Below are positions 1 through 8,931 of a DNA stretch of 64,000 nt, in pieces. The translations under genes and the position numbers were made by a program. Numbering within the stretch: the first letter of the stretch is position 1; the number at the start of each line of letters is the position of its first letter. Source of the stretch: a virus. Its lineage: Duplodnaviria > Caudoviricetes. The notes beneath the pieces were generated by a model. The model made no database searches. It worked only from the letters and a program-made list of their open reading frames with translations, and had not been told where the DNA came from. Where the stretch lies: positions 25,497 to 89,496 of the IMG/VR virus record IMGVR_UViG_3300032030_000044. One strand, 5' to 3'.

Positions 1-48
1 ATATTTGCAATATCAAATTTCATCTAATATAATTAAACATATAAAGTT

Positions 49-1344
49 ATGGATTTAGGATTTGAAAATGAACCTATTGTTGATACAAACAATCAACAAC
101 CTGAAAACAATGATGGTCAAGATAATCAGTCTAAACAAGATTTAGATGGTGATAAACATCAATTTGATAGTGATGGTAATCCTATTGAAAATCTTGATAA
201 TAAAGACACTGATAAACAAGACCATACAAATGAAGAGCCAAATAAAAATAAAAACAACAATGTTGAGGATTTTGATTTAAAAGCTGGCGAAGTAATAGAA
301 ATTGGTAGTGATAGTTATACTGTAGCAGATAATGGAGATTTATTAGACAAAGATGGTAATGTATTTAAAGAATCTAAAGATGTTCAAGAATATTTAAAAA
401 GTCTACAATTGGAAGAATCTGATGATAAAAATAAAGATCCTAAAGGAGCTTTAAATATTAAAAATATTCAAGAAGCTTTAGGATATGAAATTATTGATGA
501 AAATGAAAAACCTATTGAATATGAAAACAATATTGAAGGAATTAAAACTTATATGGATGATGTAATTGAGCAAAGAACTAATGAAATACAAACAGCTACA
601 TTAAATACATTATTTGAAAAATTCCCATTTGCTCAACATATAATTAATTATTATATTGCTAATGGAGGAAGTCTTGAAGGATGGAATGTTGAAGTTGATA
701 GGTCTAATATCACTATTGATGACTCTAATGAAAAACAACAAGAAGAAATCGTTAGAACTGCTTGGAGAGAACAAAAAAGAACTGGTGATTTAGATGGTTA
801 TATAGCTTATCTTAAATCAAGTGGTACTTTGTTAAATACTGCAAAACTTGAATTAAAAGGTCTTCAAGATTCAGACAAAAATCGTAAAGAAACTCTTCAA
901 AGACAAGCTCAAGAAGCTCATGCTAAAGCAGAACAAGAGCAGATTATGTTTTGGAATGAAGTTGGAAATGTAATCAAAAGTCGTAAGATAGCAGGTTATA
1001 CAATTCCAGAACAAATTAAGGTTAATCGTGGAGGAAAAGCTTATATGGTTACTCCTACTGATTTTTATAAATATATTTCAGTAGTTGACCAAAATGGTGA
1101 AACCGCTTATGCTAAAGATTGTAAAGCAGTTAGTCCTGAACAACAGTTGAACGATAGTCTTTTGCGTGCATATATAATGTTTACTGGAGGTGATTATTCT
1201 TCGTTAGTTGATATGGCAGTTAAAGACAAAGAAGTAAAAACAATTCGTTTTAAAGCTGCTAATAGTAAACAACCTACTCGTAGATTTACACCTAAAAGTA
1301 ATAGTTCTAAAACTGGTCAAGAAATTGACTTAGGTTATAATTAA
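49..1344 (+). CDS. Putative capsid scaffold/assembly protein (crAss-like gene immediately upstream of MCP)
   Basis: 431-aa ORF with an acidic low-complexity N-terminus and helical C-terminus, directly upstream of the major capsid gene as in crAss-like head modules; function inferred from synteny. Confidence 0.55.
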   Translation: MDLGFENEPIVDTNNQQPENNDGQDNQSKQDLDGDKHQFDSDGNPIENLDNKDTDKQDHTNEEPNKNKNNNVEDFDLKAGEVIEIGSDSYTVADNGDLLDKDGNVFKESKDVQEYLKSLQLEESDDKNKDPKGALNIKNIQEALGYEIIDENEKPIEYENNIEGIKTYMDDVIEQRTNEIQTATLNTLFEKFPFAQHIINYYIANGGSLEGWNVEVDRSNITIDDSNEKQQEEIVRTAWREQKRTGDLDGYIAYLKSSGTLLNTAKLELKGLQDSDKNRKETLQRQAQEAHAKAEQEQIMFWNEVGNVIKSRKIAGYTIPEQIKVNRGGKAYMVTPTDFYKYISVVDQNGETAYAKDCKAVSPEQQLNDSLLRAYIMFTGGDYSSLVDMAVKDKEVKTIRFKAANSKQPTRRFTPKSNSSKTGQEIDLGYN

Positions 1345-1365
1345 TTAATTAAAATTTATTGAATT

Positions 1366-2844
1366 ATGGCAATGTACAAAATGCGAGTAGTTCAACAAGG
1401 TAAGTATGATGATAGAGGCTATAGCAATGAAGAAAGTATTGCTAATCTTCAGCTTACTAAACCTGTTGAAATTAATTCTTTCCTTACCTATAATTATGGT
1501 ATGGATGATGATCGTTTTCCGCTTAGTTTTATGACTGAAGGTCAAGGACGTAATGGCGTTGTTGATATTGATACTGTTCAATGGACATGGGCTGTTATGG
1601 GACGCATGAAATTTAGTGATAAACTAACGTATTGTGCTGAAACAGGAACTTCAATTGGTAAAGGTGGTGTAGAAGTTGAACTTCATTTTGCTACTCATAC
1701 ATTTATTGAACAGTACGGTCTTTTAGCACCTGATGGACTTACTCAAGTTCGTATTCAAAAAGATCTTGGTCCAAGTGCTTGGGGATATGGTTATTTAGTT
1801 CGTCTTACAACTCCTGACCCAACAGTTGCTATTGATCCTACAAATTTAATTGTTGGTAAATATTGGAGTTTGACTGCTCCTACAGTTTCAGAAAGTTATT
1901 CTAAAGGTAATCGTAGTAATTCTATGGGACCTGGTAAAATGACTTCTCAACTTGAGTTTCAACGTTATTCTAAAGAAATAGCTGGTAACCATGCCAATGT
2001 AGTTACTCAATATGAGTTTAAAAATGCACAAGGTGGTACTTCTAAACTTTGGATTAATGAAGAGATGCGTCAATTTAATGTTCAAATGCGTGTAATGAAT
2101 GAAGAGCGTCTATGGCTTGCTGAATATAACCGTAATGCAAACGGAGAAATTCTTTTGAAAGACCGCGATAATGGTAAACCTATACCTCATACTGCTGGTA
2201 TGTTAGAAATTTGTCGTGAGTCTAATTATGATACTTATGGTGAATATCTTACACTTGCTAAATTGAAACATACTATTGGCGATGTTCTTGACCGTGATAC
2301 TGATGATGGTCATATGAATATTGTTCTTATGGCAGGTAAAGGTTTTATGGAAGATTTTGACGAAGCTATAAAAATGGATGCTAAAGAAAATGGTTTCTTA
2401 ACTCCGCTTGGAGAAAAAGAAATACAAGGTTCTGGATATGGTCTTGAATATGGTGCATATTTCCGTGCATATAAGACTGTTGAAGGTCATACTATTACTG
2501 TAAAACATTGTTCTTTCTTTGATAAAGGAACTGTTGCTGAAACAGCTAAATTGAATGGTATGATACATCCTCGTTCGCATTATCCTATCACTTCTCACCA
2601 AGCTGCTTTCATTGACTTTAGTTCTTATAATGGACATCAAAATGTTCGTTTGGTTCGTCAAAAAGGTCAAATTTATAAAGCAAAAGTTCTTAAAGGACTT
2701 ACTGATGTTCCTGCTTCATGGGGTGTTCCTGAATCTAATTTTATTGCAACTGAAATAGATAAGAGTGAATTCCATGTTAAAAGTACTCTCGGACTTCAAG
2801 TAGATAATTCTACAAAGATGTTCCTTTTGAAATGTGTTCTTTAA
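1366..2844 (+). CDS. Major capsid protein, crAss-like
   Basis: 492 aa; N-terminal GKYDDRGYSNEESIA...YGMDDDRFPL pattern recalled from crAss-like MCPs; size, position and highly-expressed codon bias fit. Confidence 0.88.
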   Translation: MAMYKMRVVQQGKYDDRGYSNEESIANLQLTKPVEINSFLTYNYGMDDDRFPLSFMTEGQGRNGVVDIDTVQWTWAVMGRMKFSDKLTYCAETGTSIGKGGVEVELHFATHTFIEQYGLLAPDGLTQVRIQKDLGPSAWGYGYLVRLTTPDPTVAIDPTNLIVGKYWSLTAPTVSESYSKGNRSNSMGPGKMTSQLEFQRYSKEIAGNHANVVTQYEFKNAQGGTSKLWINEEMRQFNVQMRVMNEERLWLAEYNRNANGEILLKDRDNGKPIPHTAGMLEICRESNYDTYGEYLTLAKLKHTIGDVLDRDTDDGHMNIVLMAGKGFMEDFDEAIKMDAKENGFLTPLGEKEIQGSGYGLEYGAYFRAYKTVEGHTITVKHCSFFDKGTVAETAKLNGMIHPRSHYPITSHQAAFIDFSSYNGHQNVRLVRQKGQIYKAKVLKGLTDVPASWGVPESNFIATEIDKSEFHVKSTLGLQVDNSTKMFLLKCVL

Positions 2845-2865
2845 TATTTTTAAACTAAGATAGTT

Positions 2866-4002
2866 ATGGCTGATAAACCAAAAGAAACAGTAAGGTTTGG
2901 ATTTAATGATGACAAACCTAATGAAGGTGAACAAACAGCACCTGTTGCACAACCTGCAGCTACCGAAAATATAAATGCTGCTGAAAAAGAAGACTTGACT
3001 AAACCTTATGAAGATAAGTCAAGTGTAACAATTGCTCTTGTAGAACATTATTCTTTGTTTAGAAAAGCAAATAGAGTTACACTTCCAAAGCGTATTGATT
3101 ATATAGGTAGTTGTATAGAAAGTTCTCGAAGACTTGCTGCAAATAAAATTGAGGCTGAAACTTATTTTCCACAAATTATAGGTGTAATGCCCAATCATGA
3201 AAATTTCTTAACTCGTGTAAAACAATATTTAAATAATATTAGAATTGCGGTAGATGAAAACGGTATAACATTTGATACAAGTTTTTATTATTATCATAAA
3301 TCTGATTATATTGAAATTGCTAAAGAAGTTGAAGAAGTTGAAAGAAAATATTCATTAGTTTCTCGTAATAATCTTGCTGAGCTTCGAAAAGCTCTTCAAA
3401 TAAAAATTAATGAACTTGAAGCTATTGAACGAAAAAAAGTAAGTCTTGGTTATCCTATAAAAATAGAAGATTACATTATGTATCGACATTGTCTATTATA
3501 TAACGATGTTGCAAAAGATATGGCATTTATAAATGCTGACCAAAATGTAAGATTTTATATAAAAGATAACAAAAAAGAAGAAGAGAGAAAACGTAAACAA
3601 CATGATTTGATTAATAAAGCTATTAGCAATTATGTTGTTCTTCTTGGAGATAATACACTATTTGATGCAGTTTATATACAATATTGTGCAACAAATGCTA
3701 AGCCAATACTTACAAGTCTTATTAAAGATCGTATGGATAGAGAAAATGAACTTCATAAATTTGCTACTGAGCAACCTGATAAGTTCAATAAAATTTACTC
3801 TAATAAAGACATACGAACTATTGCTGATATTGAATTACTTATTGCTCGTGGAGAATTAATTAAATCTGATTATAATCAGAATATTATTTCTGCTGACGGT
3901 AGTTTAATTGGTGCAAATATGACTGAAGCTTTGGCTTGGTTTAAAAATCCAGAAAATATTTCCGCTGTAAATGCGTATAAAGCCAAACTTAAAAATTTCT
4001 AA
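2866..4002 (+). CDS. Conserved crAss-like head-module protein following MCP
   Basis: 378-aa ORF in the conserved position after MCP; no catalytic motif seen. Confidence 0.55.
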   Translation: MADKPKETVRFGFNDDKPNEGEQTAPVAQPAATENINAAEKEDLTKPYEDKSSVTIALVEHYSLFRKANRVTLPKRIDYIGSCIESSRRLAANKIEAETYFPQIIGVMPNHENFLTRVKQYLNNIRIAVDENGITFDTSFYYYHKSDYIEIAKEVEEVERKYSLVSRNNLAELRKALQIKINELEAIERKKVSLGYPIKIEDYIMYRHCLLYNDVAKDMAFINADQNVRFYIKDNKKEEERKRKQHDLINKAISNYVVLLGDNTLFDAVYIQYCATNAKPILTSLIKDRMDRENELHKFATEQPDKFNKIYSNKDIRTIADIELLIARGELIKSDYNQNIISADGSLIGANMTEALAWFKNPENISAVNAYKAKLKNF

Positions 4003-4014
4003 ACAGATATCGTT

Positions 4015-4692
4015 ATGACTATTTCTGAGATGCATAGTATGTTTCGTACAATAGGTCAGCAAAAAGGTATGCAACATATTCGAGCTATTCTTCCTGAAGA
4101 GATTGACGATTACTTAAATGCTGCTATTATTGAATTTTCTCGTGAAGTTGTTAAAAAAGCTGTAAATGGTCTTTTATATTCTGCTGGTAGAAGTGCTATA
4201 TATCGAGAGAATGGTATTGACCCATATAATGCTGTAAGAACGCTTTATGATGAAACTCCTAAACAAGTTGGACATACTTTAATTAATGGACATTATGATT
4301 TGAAATTAACATTAGCTGGTACAGATTATATGCAAATAATTGGAGTTGATTTAACTTATGATAAAAAAAGTGAACATCGATATCCATGTCGTATAATAAG
4401 TCCTACAGAACTTGCTAACACACTTAATGATTTTTGTAATGCTCCTGATAAAGAAAATCCTTGTTGTATAATAGATAGTGATGTTTCTATGAAAGCAGAG
4501 TTTCATTTTTATACTGGAGGTAATCAACCGTATCAGGCTATGATTCATACGATAAATATGCCTCAAAAAGTTAATTATGCCGATAATGTTGATTGTAATC
4601 TGCCATATTATGTTCATCAAGAAATAGTCGAACGTGCTGTTCAAAAATTCTTTACAAGTGTTGGTGCAACTACACAACAAGTTAAACAATAA
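4015..4692 (+). CDS. Putative tail ring / head-tail connector protein
   Basis: 225 aa; MTISEMHSMFR...ILPEEIDDYLN start resembles crAss-like ring proteins; synteny. Confidence 0.6.
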   Translation: MTISEMHSMFRTIGQQKGMQHIRAILPEEIDDYLNAAIIEFSREVVKKAVNGLLYSAGRSAIYRENGIDPYNAVRTLYDETPKQVGHTLINGHYDLKLTLAGTDYMQIIGVDLTYDKKSEHRYPCRIISPTELANTLNDFCNAPDKENPCCIIDSDVSMKAEFHFYTGGNQPYQAMIHTINMPQKVNYADNVDCNLPYYVHQEIVERAVQKFFTSVGATTQQVKQ

Positions 4693-4707
4693 TAAATTCA
4701 CAATATT

Positions 4708-5619
4708 ATGTATAATTTTGTATTAGGTAAAACTTATGCGTCATGGACTGCTGCCGCTACTACTTCTGGTACTGAAGGACAAGTTAACTTGTCTTATATT
4801 AAAAATGATGGTACTCGTGCTGCTGTAGATGCAAATGTTCATAATGCTTTCGATTTGCAACTTCGTAGGCTTGACGCTAATGGTGGTAATGTTATGTTAC
4901 CTCTTAGCAAACGTGCTCTTTCTGTTGCTAAATTGCAATATTCTGCTGCCACTACTTTTGTAGCTACTGTAACATTTGTAAATGTTGTTGCTCCTGCTGA
5001 AGCAACTTTAGTTATTAGTAAAAAAGGTGTTCCATTTAATGAACGAGCTACATGGACTGCTAATTTTCCGATTACAGCAGATATGACAGGTGCTCAAATT
5101 GCTCAAAAGATGGCTTCGCTTGTTAATGCTAATACTCAAAGTCACGGTCTTGTAGCTACTTATTCTAATGCAGTTGTTACTTTAACAGCTCAAACAGCAG
5201 GTGTTGATTATACAATACAAGCTACAGATGATACTTTTGCTGCAACTGTTTCAGTTACTACAGCTGGAGTTGAAGGAATTGGAACTGTTGAACAAATTAA
5301 AACTCTTGCTAACAAAGCAGCAAACGATGCTGGATTTGAATACACTTATAAAGACGGCGCAGATTTAATTTATCCGCAGTATCCTTTTGATCCTGCTGTA
5401 GCTCCTGCTACTGTACCTGCCGGTTATACTGTTGTTGCAATTCGTTGTGGCGAACCTCGTGATTATAAAACTCACGAAGAAACAGTACATCAAACCGTAT
5501 TTGTTGTATTTCCGACTACTGCTGATGCTCAAGCAGACTCTCTTATTTCTGCTTTAGTTACAGTTGGTGCAAGTGTCATAAGTAAAAAAGCTGCTGCAAA
5601 TAGCGGTGGAGGTGCTTAA
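4708..5619 (+). CDS. Putative auxiliary capsid protein
   Basis: 303 aa, Ala/Thr/Val-rich beta-type composition, strong-expression codon bias, last gene before the terminator at 5701; matches the position of the crAss-like auxiliary capsid gene. Confidence 0.6.
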   Translation: MYNFVLGKTYASWTAAATTSGTEGQVNLSYIKNDGTRAAVDANVHNAFDLQLRRLDANGGNVMLPLSKRALSVAKLQYSAATTFVATVTFVNVVAPAEATLVISKKGVPFNERATWTANFPITADMTGAQIAQKMASLVNANTQSHGLVATYSNAVVTLTAQTAGVDYTIQATDDTFAATVSVTTAGVEGIGTVEQIKTLANKAANDAGFEYTYKDGADLIYPQYPFDPAVAPATVPAGYTVVAIRCGEPRDYKTHEETVHQTVFVVFPTTADAQADSLISALVTVGASVISKKAAANSGGGA

Positions 5620-5632
5620 AGTATTTATTTGA

Positions 5633-5648
5633 TTCCCTCTACAGGGAA
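5633..5648 (+). repeat. Dispersed 16-bp motif, intergenic copy
   Basis: TTCCCTCTACAGGGAA. Confidence 0.9.
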
Positions 5649-5700
5649 GTAGTATAATCTACATAGTCTAAAATAAATATTTTATCGACTATTAAATCTG

Positions 5701-5745
5701 AAGAGGGCATTACTAATGATGTTAATTGTTAGTAGTGTCCTCTTT
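5701..5745 (+). terminator. Intrinsic terminator after the capsid operon
   Basis: Stem AAGAGGGCATTACTAA (5701-5716) / TTAGTAGTGTCCTCTT (5729-5744) with G-U pairs, followed by a T-rich run. Confidence 0.65.
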
Positions 5746-5756
5746 GTACTTTAATT

Positions 5757-6323
5757 ATGGAGATTTTAATAACAGCTTTAGAGCAAGGAATTACTCCTGG
5801 TATAATTGTAACTTTTTATCTTATTGTATCTGATATTATTAGAAGTAAAAAAGAAAAAGATCAAACTAAAATAAGCAATGATACTGTTGAAGCTATAGTT
5901 GATATACGAACTATTGTAAAAGATATATATGATAAAAAAGAAGTTGAAAATAAAGAAAAAACAAAAATAGCTATTAATAATGCTTTTGATAGTGCAGGTT
6001 TTAATTTAATAAATTTTACTCAAAGAACTTTAATAAGCAATCATTTAGATGATACAAAAGAAGCTATTTTAGAAAATATACATAATGCTGCAAATTCTGA
6101 ATATTATATTATTTTTCAAACTCTTTCTCTTTATTCTATTAATGGTAAAAGAGTTTCAGAATATTTAGACAAACAATGGTTGAAAGAAATTGAAACTGAT
6201 TTGATTGATTCTATTTATAATGAAACTCTTAATCGAGAAGATAAACTTATGGGATATGTAAATAAAGTTACATTACGATTTCGTACTTATGTAAATTATA
6301 TACAAAATAAAGTTTTAAAATAG
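5757..6323 (+). CDS. Membrane-anchored protein (possible lysis component)
   Basis: 188 aa with one N-terminal hydrophobic segment (GIIVTFYLIVSDII) followed by a helical soluble part; ends in TAG. Confidence 0.45.
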   Translation: MEILITALEQGITPGIIVTFYLIVSDIIRSKKEKDQTKISNDTVEAIVDIRTIVKDIYDKKEVENKEKTKIAINNAFDSAGFNLINFTQRTLISNHLDDTKEAILENIHNAANSEYYIIFQTLSLYSINGKRVSEYLDKQWLKEIETDLIDSIYNETLNREDKLMGYVNKVTLRFRTYVNYIQNKVLK

Positions 6324-6329
6324 TGTATT

Positions 6330-6659
6330 ATGGATTATTTTTCAACAATTTTAGATAATATAATTGCAAATTTCGATTTTGCATATATGATTAGTGTTAA
6401 TATTTTAACATACATAATAATAAAATTTGTTGACTATTTTAATAAAGATAAATCTGTTAGTACTTTTATTAAAAGATTAATTTTAATTTGTTCAATTGTG
6501 ATAATATGTGTAGCTTATATATTTATAGGATATGATAATTATGTAGTTTTATTAAATAGTTCTATAGCAGCTCCTGTTTTTTATAGTTGGGTTTTACGAC
6601 CAATTCTTAAAAAATTTAAAATAGGTTATAAAGAATATGATAATAATTTAAAAGTTTAA
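6330..6659 (+). CDS. Holin-like small membrane protein
   Basis: 109 aa, about three hydrophobic segments, charged C-terminal tail (KKFKIGYKEYDNNLKV). Confidence 0.5.
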   Translation: MDYFSTILDNIIANFDFAYMISVNILTYIIIKFVDYFNKDKSVSTFIKRLILICSIVIICVAYIFIGYDNYVVLLNSSIAAPVFYSWVLRPILKKFKIGYKEYDNNLKV

Positions 6660-6665
6660 GTGATT

Positions 6666-6863
6666 ATGACGGTTAAATCTATAAGTAAATTATATCAATC
6701 TTCTTATTCTGATTTAGGATATATACAAGACAATACTTGTAAAAATCTTATAGTTGGAATATTATATCATTTGTTTGATTATACTTTATATAATAATATA
6801 AACAATGATTTTAAAGAAAACACTAATAGTTTATTTAATTATTTAAGACATGGCAATACTTAA
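6666..6863 (+). CDS. Small hypothetical protein
   Basis: ATG at 6666 within the 6660 ORF call; fills the gap between flanking genes and overlaps the next start. Confidence 0.4.
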   Translation: MTVKSISKLYQSSYSDLGYIQDNTCKNLIVGILYHLFDYTLYNNINNDFKENTNSLFNYLRHGNT

Positions 6864-7665
6864 CTCAAGTTATACTTTTAATGTGCCTTATCAATTAAAA
6901 CCTATTTATACTGCATTATTAAATAAACTTGCAGTTTTAGGTGTAGATATGTTAAAAGACTGCAATAGTAGTTGTAGTGGAACAGGAAAAGATATTTTAA
7001 AATGTTGGAATTTATTTCAAATAATTTGTGGTAATATAAATGCAGGAAATAAAAAAGAATATCAAACTTTATTAAAAATTTTATTATATGAATGTAATTG
7101 TTTGCAAGATTTTAGAAAAGATGTAGATTATTATACTAATTTAGATTTTAGTGAAGATAATAAAGATTATGTTAATTTTGATTATGTTTATATACATAAA
7201 AATTTTGATGCTTTTTCTGCATATGATGATTTTACACAAGTATTTGAATCTATAGGAGCTACAACGTTAAATGATGTTTATGATGATATGATAAATGATC
7301 CTGATTCTTATAATATAACAAAAGATAGTGATGTTAGAAAAGTTTCTGATGTTTTAGTTATACAAAATGAAAATGATTTAGAATATACATTTAAACATAA
7401 TTTAAATACATTTACTGTTTCTATAATTGATAATAAAAATATTGAAATTGATACAATAAAAATTTTAGATATAAACGGTATAGAAAGTTACATATATAAT
7501 ACTGAAAATAATGTAAATGATTCTATAGGAATAATTCATCAATCTATAAAATCACAAGATGATACAGATAAAGAAGAAGATTTTAATATATCAACTTATA
7601 TATTTTATTTTTCTTCTTTTAATGTAAATAAAACAATACATATAAAGTTTAAATATAAAGAATAA
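6850..7665 (+). CDS. Putative tail-associated virion protein
   Basis: 271 aa; Cys-containing N-terminal segment (DMLKDCNSSCSG...CWNLFQ) recalled from crAss-like tail-region proteins; start of the fibre cluster. Confidence 0.4.
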   Translation: MAILNSSYTFNVPYQLKPIYTALLNKLAVLGVDMLKDCNSSCSGTGKDILKCWNLFQIICGNINAGNKKEYQTLLKILLYECNCLQDFRKDVDYYTNLDFSEDNKDYVNFDYVYIHKNFDAFSAYDDFTQVFESIGATTLNDVYDDMINDPDSYNITKDSDVRKVSDVLVIQNENDLEYTFKHNLNTFTVSIIDNKNIEIDTIKILDINGIESYIYNTENNVNDSIGIIHQSIKSQDDTDKEEDFNISTYIFYFSSFNVNKTIHIKFKYKE

Positions 7666-7667
7666 AA

Positions 7668-8930
7668 ATGGAAAATAATAAAATTGAAATAGCTTCTCCT
7701 ATTAAATATATAGGAGCAAATGTCACACCAAGTTATGATAAAAAATATGGTCCATATAATGATATAAATGATGCTATTGATAAAGTTCCATTAAATGAAA
7801 GATGTCTTGGATTAACAGTTGGAATTTTAAATAATGGTACATTAAGTGAATATTGGTGGCAAAATAGTATTGAAAATGATGGACTTGTTTTAAAACATGA
7901 GCCTCCTGCGCCTCCTGTTGTATTAAAACAATATAATTTTAACAATAATCATTTTGATGTTAATGAAGAAAATAATATAATTAATATAGAATTATCTCAA
8001 TCAGAAAGTCTTACTAAAAATGGTTTTGATGTTTCTTATCAAAATTTAGGAAGCAGTTATATAAGCATAAATACAGATTTTATTGAATTTAATTCTCCAA
8101 ATGTAGCGGCATTAACAATACAACCAGTTATAAGTGGTGATTATCCTTGTATGCAATTAAATGTTAATTATATTCATTCACTTGATAGCAATTTTAGATA
8201 TATTGAAAATAGTATAAGTGGTATATTTTTTGGTTCTCCAAATCAAATTAATTGGTATACAGGAGATTCTATAATTATTTCTTCAGAAAAAGATATTGTA
8301 TTAATGCCTAAAAATTATCCTGATAACTCACAAATTAGTCATGATATTAGTATTTCTAAATTTTGTGAAAATGAAAATGATGAATATTATGATGTAATGT
8401 TTAGACGAAATGAATCAAATTATTTTAATATTTTAAGATATTATGAAGATAGTAGCATTATAAATGCTTTTTGTGGAACAGGTAATACAGTTTTTGAATA
8501 TTTAAATATAGGTAGAAATTTGGGCAATACTTGTTCTATTAAAATAGGAGATAATAATGATAGTATTTATTTAAGTGATTGTATAAATATAAAACCTTAT
8601 AACAGCAATCAATCTTTTTCTATAGCTTTTAATAATATAAATTTAAGTAAACAACCTAAGTTTCAAATATATGAAAATGGAGATAGAGAAATTATTGATT
8701 TTAAATATGGAAGTTCTAATATTATAAATTATACTGAAGATGTTCAAACAAGCGAATCATATATTTTTATTGGAGAATATGGTGAAATACAAAATTATTA
8801 TATAATATTAGGAAATGATAATATAACAATTAGTAATAATCGTCAAGTTATAATAAAAGGAATAAACAATAGTCTTATATTAAACGATACAAACATAGAA
8901 AAATTAAATCAATTAATAGCAAGTATATAA
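7668..8930 (+). CDS. Putative tail fibre/spike protein
   Basis: 420 aa; N-terminal anchor-like domain, Pro linker (EPPAPP), then an Asn/Ile/Ser-rich beta-type region. Confidence 0.5.
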   Translation: MENNKIEIASPIKYIGANVTPSYDKKYGPYNDINDAIDKVPLNERCLGLTVGILNNGTLSEYWWQNSIENDGLVLKHEPPAPPVVLKQYNFNNNHFDVNEENNIINIELSQSESLTKNGFDVSYQNLGSSYISINTDFIEFNSPNVAALTIQPVISGDYPCMQLNVNYIHSLDSNFRYIENSISGIFFGSPNQINWYTGDSIIISSEKDIVLMPKNYPDNSQISHDISISKFCENENDEYYDVMFRRNESNYFNILRYYEDSSIINAFCGTGNTVFEYLNIGRNLGNTCSIKIGDNNDSIYLSDCINIKPYNSNQSFSIAFNNINLSKQPKFQIYENGDREIIDFKYGSSNIINYTEDVQTSESYIFIGEYGEIQNYYIILGNDNITISNNRQVIIKGINNSLILNDTNIEKLNQLIASI

Positions 8931-8931
8931 T

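Noticed and set aside
1-7. ATATTTG at the window edge as a -7 promoter box for the scaffold/capsid operon
   Set aside because: It is plausible but truncated; the first base and the -33 box lie outside the window.
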